Source: Spirogloea muscicola (lineage: Eukaryota). Taken from it: a stretch of DNA of 64,000 bases. The notes under the pieces are model-generated. The model saw nothing but the letters and a program-made list of their open reading frames with translations. It did not search any database and was not told the origin of the DNA. This document shows positions 56,199-64,000 of this stretch, in pieces. Made by a program: the position numbers and the translations under genes. The stretch spans positions 447,719-511,718 of the forward strand of contig WELB01000032.1 of NCBI GenBank assembly GCA_009602725.1, read 5' to 3'. Every line of letters begins with the position of its first letter. Position 1 is the stretch's first letter.

Positions 56199-57084
56199 GG
56201 CGGCCCCCACGCCAGGCGCCCGCGCGGCGGCGGCGGCTGGGCCTGGCCGGCCGGGCGCCGGCGGGCAGCTCCTGCTGTGCTTTCCGTCACCCCATCCTCC
56301 TGTTGCATTTCTCCCTTTCCTTTTTACGCGCGAGATCACTCTCCATCACTAGTGGTCGCTCATGAAGCTCTGATCAGCAAGTCCAGATCGGTATCACCAG
56401 AGGGGCGGAAAAGCGTCGCCTGTCGGGACCCGGAGGCAGCCGCCAAGGCGCGGCCTGCACGCAAGTGGGACGGCAAATGCTTCTCACGCGCAGTTCTTAA
56501 TGGCTTGCTTTGGTCCCCCTTTCACTTTGTGGGCTGGCTTTTCCCAGTCCCTATCCTTTTTCCTCCTCCTTTCATTCCCTGCGCACCGGCTCGCCTTCTC
56601 GCCGTGTCGGCGGTGTCTCGCCGCCATCCCCCCCTCCTCCCGCATCATTGGCCTCCCAGGTCCTCCCTCCCCCCGCAGCCGCGGGCTACTGGGGGCGCCG
56701 GCGCGCCGCCACGTGGCAGCTGTGGTGGGGTGCCGGCAGCCCAAACCCCCCTCCGGGGCAGCTCCTGCAACTTGTGCTCTCCGGCCCCTCCGGTCCTCGT
56801 CCACTCTTTCTTTCCCACTCTTTCCCACGCTTTCCGGGCTGGCTTTCCGCAGCCGTTAGAAGAGCCACTTCACTTTCCACAGCCCTCGGCCCAATCAAAT
56901 GAGCATACTTCATCACAGCCATTGCCTTACTGTGGATAAGCTGTTCTGTTGTTTCCCCAATCCCCCTGAAAAAGATAGTACGCGGCGGCTGATATCAAGT
57001 GGCGGCTGTGAATGCCAGCCGAGTGCATAAAGAGGAATTAATCTATACTACGCAGAGCCGCAGGCTGGGCAACAGGGCCCTCTC

Positions 57085-58195
57085 TTTTTGCTGGGCTGGC
57101 CTCTTCCAGTCACCACCCTCTCCTGGAAAGCGTCTTTCTTCTCAGTAACCCCCGTGTCAGCAATCATACATACAGATGAGCTAAGGGAGGGAGACGCACC
57201 CAGCTGCGCAAGCCAGAGGCTGCAGCAAGGGCGCGACAAGGACGGAGGTGCTAAGCAAGCAATTGGGACCGCTGGAGTGAAATGGAAAACTGGGCTCCAG
57301 GAGGAGTGCTGCACCCTGCTCGCAGCGCCGCTGGTCAGCTTGGGAGGCCAGCAGCGGAAGTAGCGAGGACCATCGTAACGACCGTAGATGTCCATGGCCA
57401 GCGGGTAGAAGGTGTTCCCAGCAGGTTGGCCGTTGTACTTGTTTATCTTCTTCTGCTCGGCCACCTTCACAGAATCGCCGGCCTCAGAAGTGACAGGGCT
57501 CTTCTTACGGAAGCTGTTGGTAAGGATGATGTCTAGTACTAGCCGCTTCCTACCTCCCAGGAACGCCCGTCAGATCAACACCCCTCGTTTGGTAATCGCC
57601 GTGAATGGCATCACCAGGTGCTCTTCAGAGCCACTTGGTACCCGCCACCGGGACAATGCCATACATAGAAAGTGCATACATAGCATCACGCAGAAGGCTG
57701 TAAGAGCCCCGTGCGCTCGCTGCCCTTGGCATACCTGAGCAAATGGGCGCCCATCATCAAAACATCCTCCTCAATGTGGCCACGTTCACTCTGAGTCACC
57801 CCAGCCAAGCACTGGGAAGTGCAAGCAAGCCTGCGGAGCAGAGCATCACTGACTTAAGCATTTTCTATATGCAAGCCTGCAAAGAAGGGCAACGCTCGGA
57901 AACCACTCAGACGCATTGATTTGGAATTGACAAAGCCGAGCCTGCCCACGAGCATCCCTTTTATGAGCATCTCGGAGACGCTTGAGTGGTAGAGCATCTT
58001 GAGCTACGTTGGTGATGTGGAGAAAAGAAAGGATATCCCAGAAAGGGGCGACGGATGTGAAAGGCCAGGCCATGAGAAATTTCTACAGAGGAGGCGGGGG
58101 ACCGTGACAGGCCAAGGAAGTGGCTGGTCGATGTCCAGGGGGAAGCCCTAAATGAAAGTACACATCTTTCTGCGAATGCAAGGGCTGCCATAGGC
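57085..58195 (-). mobile_element. ~1-kb decayed RLE non-LTR retrotransposon fragment
   Basis: Frameshifted DARGQARL...SEWF, GAHLLR, LLRDAM, LVLDIILTN...KVAEQKKINKY...FYPLAMDIYGR, ending LLTRGY* at 57142. Confidence 0.75.
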
Positions 58196-58204
58196 AGTCA
58201 GTGA

Positions 58205-61200
58205 TCCCTCGCCGTCGTCTGTCAGCCTGCTTGCAGCTAGCTCAGGCTCATGCTTTGCACCAGAAAGCTGGTCGAGCCTGACCTAGTTGCATATGAGCTT
58301 GTCAATTGCCGTCCGGTATTCGGGCCTCAGTTAGCGATCTCTATGTGCTGACTCGTGGTTCCTTCACGGATCAGCTTAGCAGCAGGTGGATTCTGCCAAT
58401 GTGATTGCCTTTGTACTTGGCCACACAGGCCCTCCATCACATGATACACTCCATTTCCACGTCAACAGCCACAAGCAATTCAAGTAGCGACGCAGATACA
58501 CTTACGCCTGTTAATAAGCGATGCGTCCAGCCGGCTGCCGCCCAAGGCAGGCCCAGGCCCCAGTCGCACCATTCCATGCGACTGTGAGAGGCCTGTCAGC
58601 CAGTGAACTCGAGGCAACAAGATTGCTCAGAGCCCCGGAAAAGAGTCCCCTTGACGGAAGCCAGAGGCCGCAGCTAGAGCACGGCCAGCACGCAGATGCA
58701 AGGCGTGGGCCATGGACCGCCGGAGACTCAATGGACAGGCGCATGCAAAACACCTGCGCTAGCAAAGCAGCCGCGTTGAAGTCGGCCTGCTCGTTCCGTC
58801 TGCGGGACACAGCGCGGCGCGCAAGCCGGGTCAACAGGTCTAGCCCCTGAGACCCAAAAGCTCAGGCTCGTGCTTTGCACCAGAAAGCTGGTCAAGCCTT
58901 AGCTGGTGGCACAAGAGCTTGTCAACTGCCGTCCGGTAACGGGCATCAATTAGCTACCTCTATGTGCTGGCTTGTGATTACTGAGAGGGTCAGCTTAGCA
59001 GCAGGTGATGTACATCTGTCAGTGTGCTTGCTTTCATAACTGGCCACACTGCCCTTCATAACTTCATATACACTCCCATTTCCGAAAGCCCGAAGGGGGC
59101 GGGGGCGCGGGCCCAAAAGAAGGAAGGCGCGCGGCCCGCATAAATATGAAAGGGAGGCCAAAATCGAGCCCCACAAGCCTGGTAACGGGACACATAAGCA
59201 AGCGCGGCCAGATTAACTGGTGGCTGGGAGAGGCCAGCCCAAAAGAATGGACAAGGTCTGAAGGAGCCGGAGTGCTAAGGACACATAGAAGTGGCACTCC
59301 CAATGGGGGCAAGGGCTGTGAGAAGCCAACCCGAAAAAGAATTGACAAAGGTTCGAAGGGGCCAAATGATGGAGGGTCCTAAAATGCGTTAAGGGGCCTG
59401 AAGATGCTGTCAGAACGGGCACAAGGAATGAACGAGGTCCGGAAATAAGCAAGCGCGGCCAGATTAACTGGTGGCTGAGAGAGGCCTGCCCAAAGGAATG
59501 GACAAGGTCTGAAGGAGCCGGAGTGCTAAGGACTGAGACAGCAGCAAGCGAACTCTCAGTAACCTCTAGTCAGTAGATGCAAATCTGAATAGCTAGCAGG
59601 CGGAAAGACGTCGCCCTTACGGAAGCCGGAGGCCGCCGCCAGAGCGCGGCCCGCGCGCAAGTGGACCGCGAAAGCTAGGGACCGCTGCAACCGGAAAACG
59701 AACCGCGCTTCCACATTGACTGGTGGCTGTGAGAGGCCAGCCCAAAGTGAAGGACAAGGTCGGGTGGGGGCCGGATGGCGCAAAAAGAAGTGGCTCTCAC
59801 AATGTGGGCAAGGGCTGTTAAAAGCCAGCCCGAAAAGAATTGGCAAAGGTTCGAAGGGCAAAACGCAAGAGACTTAGGGCTAAGACGGCTGCAAGGAAGA
59901 AATGAAGAAAAGAAAAAGGAAATAGCAGGGGGGTTCTAAGTAACCTCGAGTCAGTAAGTGCAAGAAATGGACAGCTCCAAAAGAGCAAGCGCGGCTAGAT
60001 TAAGTCGCCCAAGTTTTCCGGATGCGCCTGGCCGTCTCTTTGCAGCGGTCCCTAGCTTTTGCGGTCCACTTGCGCGCAGGCCGCGCTCTGGCGGCGGCCT
60101 CCGGCTTCCGTCAGGGCGACGTCTTTCCGCCTGCTAGCTATTCAGATTTGCATCTACTGACGAGAGGTTACTGAGAGTTCGCTTACTGCTGTCTCAGTCC
60201 TTAGCACTCCAACTCCTTCAGACCTTGTCCATTCGTTCGCTGGCCTCTCCCAGCCACCAGTCAATCTGGCCGCGCTTGCTCTGATTAACTGGTGGCTGAG
60301 AGACTCCGCCAATCCCACCAGATCGGCGTCGTTTGCAGGGCACGCGGTCGGCCAGGCGGCCAGGGGCAAGGGCGAAAATATGCTGATCACCCGGTTGGGG
60401 ATGAATTCGCGGCCCTGGCGATGGATGTACACGGGGCTTTCGGCAGCCGCTGGCTGGATCTCCTTCAGCGGCTTGCCCGCCAAGCCATTGACCGGCGGCC
60501 GGGTCTGCCAGGGGCGATGCCCGGCTTCAACGCCGCCGGTTCGCTCGCACAAGTCATCCGCATGCGCCTGGCCGTATCGCTTCAACGCTCCCTTGCCCAC
60601 GCCGTCCACACGCGAGCAGGCCGTGCTATGGCCGCCGCCTCTGGGTCTCGGCGGAGTGCCTCTTTCCCTGCAGCGAGCTACTTAGACCTGATGTTGCTCA
60701 CTCGTGGGTACTGAGCTTCCCTCTGCATCGTTTCTGTGTTCTGCAGTGGTTTGTAGTGTAGTCCTTTTTCCGGCTCCTCTTTCTTTGGCCTTGGACATTG
60801 TCCATTCTCTTTTATTCTGCCATAGCCTCTTCAGGCCCCGCAGTCGCTGCTTAGCTCGTAGTTTGGCCCCTTCAAACCTTGTCAACTCCTTTCGGGCTGG
60901 CTTCTCACAGCCCTTGCCCCCATTGGGAGAGCCACTTCTTCTTTTTGGGCTGGCTTTGCCAGCCCCTCTTCTCTATGGGCGCGCACTTCTTCTTTCCCTG
61001 CAGCGAGCTACTCAGACCTGATGTTACTCACTCGTGGGTACTGAGCTTCCCTCTGCTTCGTCTGTGTTCTGTAGTATTTTGTAGTGTAGTCCTTTATCCG
61101 GCTCCTCTTTCTTTGGCTTTGGACATTGTCATTCTTTTTTGGGCTGGCTTTGCCAGCCCCTCTTCTCTATGGGCGCGCACTTCTCTGGAAGAGGCCAGCC

Positions 61201-61320
61201 CAAAGCAATGGACAAGGTCTGAAGGAGCCGGAGTGCTAAGGACAGCTCCGAAAGGAACAGCGCTTCCAATCCAAGGCCGGAAGGCCGAAAGTAGCAGAAG
61301 CGGGCGCAAATCCTAACTCC
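58205..61320. mobile_element. Large nested array of retrotransposon 3' ends (at least 8 ORF termini, many tails)
   Basis: Termini near 58360(+), 58610(-), 58985(+), 59556(-), 59938(-), 60174(+), 60714(+) and 61044(+). ORF 60292-60714 reads KYADHPVGDEFAALAMDVHGAFG...RLAVSLQRSLAHAVH...LMLLTRGY*. Confidence 0.85.
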
Positions 61321-61911
61321 ATCATTAGAGAAAAAGGCGCGACGTGCGCATGGAATCGGAGGGATGCCAAGCGGAGGCTGTACAGTTTTAAGGAAAAATT
61401 GGTGGAAAATAATAAACGCGCAATCAGGAGAGAAACTGCCGAGCATCGGGCGCCCGACGGCGGCGCGGGCCGGGAGCCCCGGACCGTTGGCAGCCGGCCC
61501 GAAAGCGACAACGCGCGCAAGTGGCGGCGAGGCCCGTTGGGCGGGAACCCCCCCCCCTCCCTCCTCAGCCTTTCCCCCCCCATTCCTCTGGAAGTCCGGC
61601 NGTCGCTCCGGCATTGCCTCAGCCCCCGCATTGCCTTCCATCCGCTCGCTCCATCGCCCAGCTCAGACACCCGCGCGCCCGGCCTGGCCTGCCCCACCGA
61701 GCCCCCACGAGGCCAGCTTGCCGCAGCTGCCGCCCGCCGCTCGCAGCTTACCCCGGCTCGCCAGCTGCGGCCTCCCTCCCCAGCGCGCCAGCTGCGGCCT
61801 CCCTCTCCGCCAGTCTCGCTCTTCCTCCTCCACTTCCTCCCTGTGACGTGCTGCTCGCCCACCTCGGCTATCCGGACCGCCAACCTGCGAGCGGACGACG
61901 CCTTGACCGCG

Positions 61912-62682
61912 ATGGCCGCCCACGAGACCCAGCCCCTGCTGCCCACCAAGGCGGCCGTCGCCGGCAAGAAGCTGCAGTCGTCGTCGCAGGCGGCGTCGCC
62001 TGGATGCCACTTGCAGGACCAAGTTATGCTCCGGGTGCTGCTGCTGCTGGAGGTGGCCCTCGTCGCGGCCATCCTGGCGATGGCCGCGGCACTCCTGGTG
62101 CTCTATACCACGCACGTCGGGCGCGGCGCTGGCACGAACCCGGCAATGCTGGCAAAGGTGCTGCAGGAGGACTGCCACCACCGCCAACCGCACGTGCCGG
62201 ACTCGACGGACCTCCTTTGCGCGCTCGCTAAGGCCAAAGAGACCCGCGAGGCCTTCATGGCAGGTGAGCCTGCTGGTGCACCAGTGGCTCACTCCGGCCA
62301 GTGATTGTGGCCCTCCTGTCTCCCCGCATTGTGTGCTGTTTGCTCAAAGCAGCAGGAGTAATCTGAGCTTCTTGTCCTGCTCATGACGTACCAGCAACTC
62401 CTTACGGCATTGTGCAGGATATTTCCGAGGCCGTCCAGCACATGGCAGCACACACAAATCATCTTCGGCTCCACGGCCAAAAGCTGAGGTGTTTTATCGG
62501 ACCCCTGCATTTGCTTCCGCTTAGCAGCACCCACTTGCAGGAAGTGCTGACGGTGGCCAATGTGAGTGATGTCCAATGTGCGGGCTGCTGGTGTCTGGCT
62601 CTAGCACCTCAGACCAGATTGATATTGCATGACTGCGCAGGAAACAAGGACCACAGAGACAACCATGGGAGAAGTGCCATGA
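61912..62682 (+). CDS. Small single-pass membrane protein with N-terminal dileucine motif
   Basis: MAAHETQPLL, hydrophobic VLLLLEVALVAAILAMAAALLVLY, donor GTGAG at ~62263, and plausible small exons at ~62418 and ~62641. Confidence 0.55.
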
Positions 62683-63020
62683 GCATCCTTCATTGATGTG
62701 GCTTGCTTACCTAGCAAGACATGACCACCTGCCACAGACTGCATTTCGTGTACAAGTTATACACCTGGCATACTGAATTGCAAACGATCAATGTTTTCTT
62801 CATTAGCCAGTTTCTTTAGGCAATCCACTGCACCAATTGGTGCAGGGCAATCGAGGACATGGACGCCGAGCACCATGCTTCCATAGAATATGGAGAATAT
62901 GGAAGAATACCCTTCCATGGTCGATCATGCTGGACCCTAGAGCTGAATTGTTGAGGAGAATGTCGTCCTCCTCATGCAGTCCAAAAAGTAGAAGCACTAA
63001 GGCAGTGTGTACTTTACCCC

Positions 63021-63925
63021 CTACCGGAACAGCATCTTGAGCTCCTCAATACGGGCAGAGCGCACTTCTTGGTCTGTCAAAGCTCCGTTCACTAACTGCT
63101 GCTTTCTTTTCTGCACCACCTGCATTCGCTCCTCAACGGTTCCCTGAGAGTAGCAAAAGAGCCAGGCACTGTGAGTTCACCATCATCCAAAGTCTACTGC
63201 ATATAGCTGAATGACCATGTTCGCTAGATGCCCTCAGACGTGCGCAGCGAGGATCTCATCAATTATCTTACTGAAAGACATTCTTCCCCACATCAGCGGG
63301 AGCTCAAAAGTTGACAGGGAAGGAGACCTTGATAATGAAGCGAGTCACAGATACGGGTCTTGTTTGACCAATTCGATGAACTCGCATGATGGCCTGCTCC
63401 TCTACTGCAGGGTTCCACCATGGGTCCTAGAGTACATGATAGATGTGTGACAATCATTCCAATCAGCAAGTAAAGTGCCAACTAGTAATAAATGATAAAT
63501 AGTAATGTGGTGAAGCAGATGGCTTTGCCAATGAGCACACCATGAGTTTATTCGATTTATTGTATTTATGCAATGCAGATTGTATGTCATCAAGCGTCCA
63601 CCATGCAATCAAGAGAAAAGACGTACCAGCAGGAATGCATTTGATGCTGCAGTCAGATTGATGCCAACCCCACCAGCCTTAAGTGATATCAGCATCACCT
63701 GGAATCTTCAATACACCAATAAGAGTCTAACACAATGTGCTCTTACATAAGCGAGGGCCTTAACAGAATTAGCAGGATGCCTTCGTCCAACGAGCTGACT
63801 ATTTAGCAAATCAGGGCAAGCACTGACCTGTATGCAACTATTAGTACTGAACTCCTTGATAGCCTTTTCTCGCTGTTGCTGACTTAGACTGCCATCTAAT
63901 CGGACAAAGCTGTAATATTTCCTGA
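63021..63925 (-). CDS. RAD5: 3' exons of a RAD5-like SNF2-family helicase (partial; continues beyond the window)
   Basis: [64 protein letters not shown] and [13 protein letters not shown]....[21 protein letters not shown]. Confidence 0.92.
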
Positions 63926-64000
63926 AACAAGGGCAATGCATGGCTTCAGAAAGAGGCTGAATCTCAAGGTGTAGCTTGCACACAGACTACATCTGCTATG

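Noticed and set aside
59448..60280. Penelope-like inverted pseudo-LTRs
   Set aside because: The encoded peptide is RLE-type rather than GIY-YIG, and no hammerhead core was recognised.

Overview
Eukaryotic, GC-rich, intron-dense nuclear DNA, most likely from a streptophyte green alga or early-diverging plant. This is inferred from plant-type AMT2, phytepsin, plastid transketolase, a LEA-like gene, DUF1442, TTTAGGG motifs and a streptophyte-like mitochondrial insert. About 15 spliced genes were reconstructed by eye: a HACD/PTPLA dehydratase, a tRNA-binding OB-fold protein, a beta-propeller protein, AMT2, an RmlD/MAT2B-like reductase, an LRR + alpha/beta-hydrolase, an aspartic proteinase, a SERAC1-like protein, a LEA-like protein, transketolase, a zinc-finger protein, DUF1442, a single-TM protein, the 3' end of RAD5 and an unknown plant protein. 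The most striking feature is about 20 short 5'-truncated 3' ends of several related non-LTR retrotransposon families with a restriction-like endonuclease (CRE/R2-group-like). They share a C-terminal peptide (SDLxLLTRGY-stop) and mostly a 3' GGCTG-loop-CAGCC stem-loop, lack poly(A) tails and show target-site duplications. They are stacked and nested in intergenic DNA, mostly directly upstream of gene starts, and none was recognised inside gene bodies. A scrambled ~2 kb NUMT (nad5, nad4, cob, atp4, rps10) lies in an intron next to a perfect 44-bp palindrome. Exon boundaries are manual estimates and no database searches were run.
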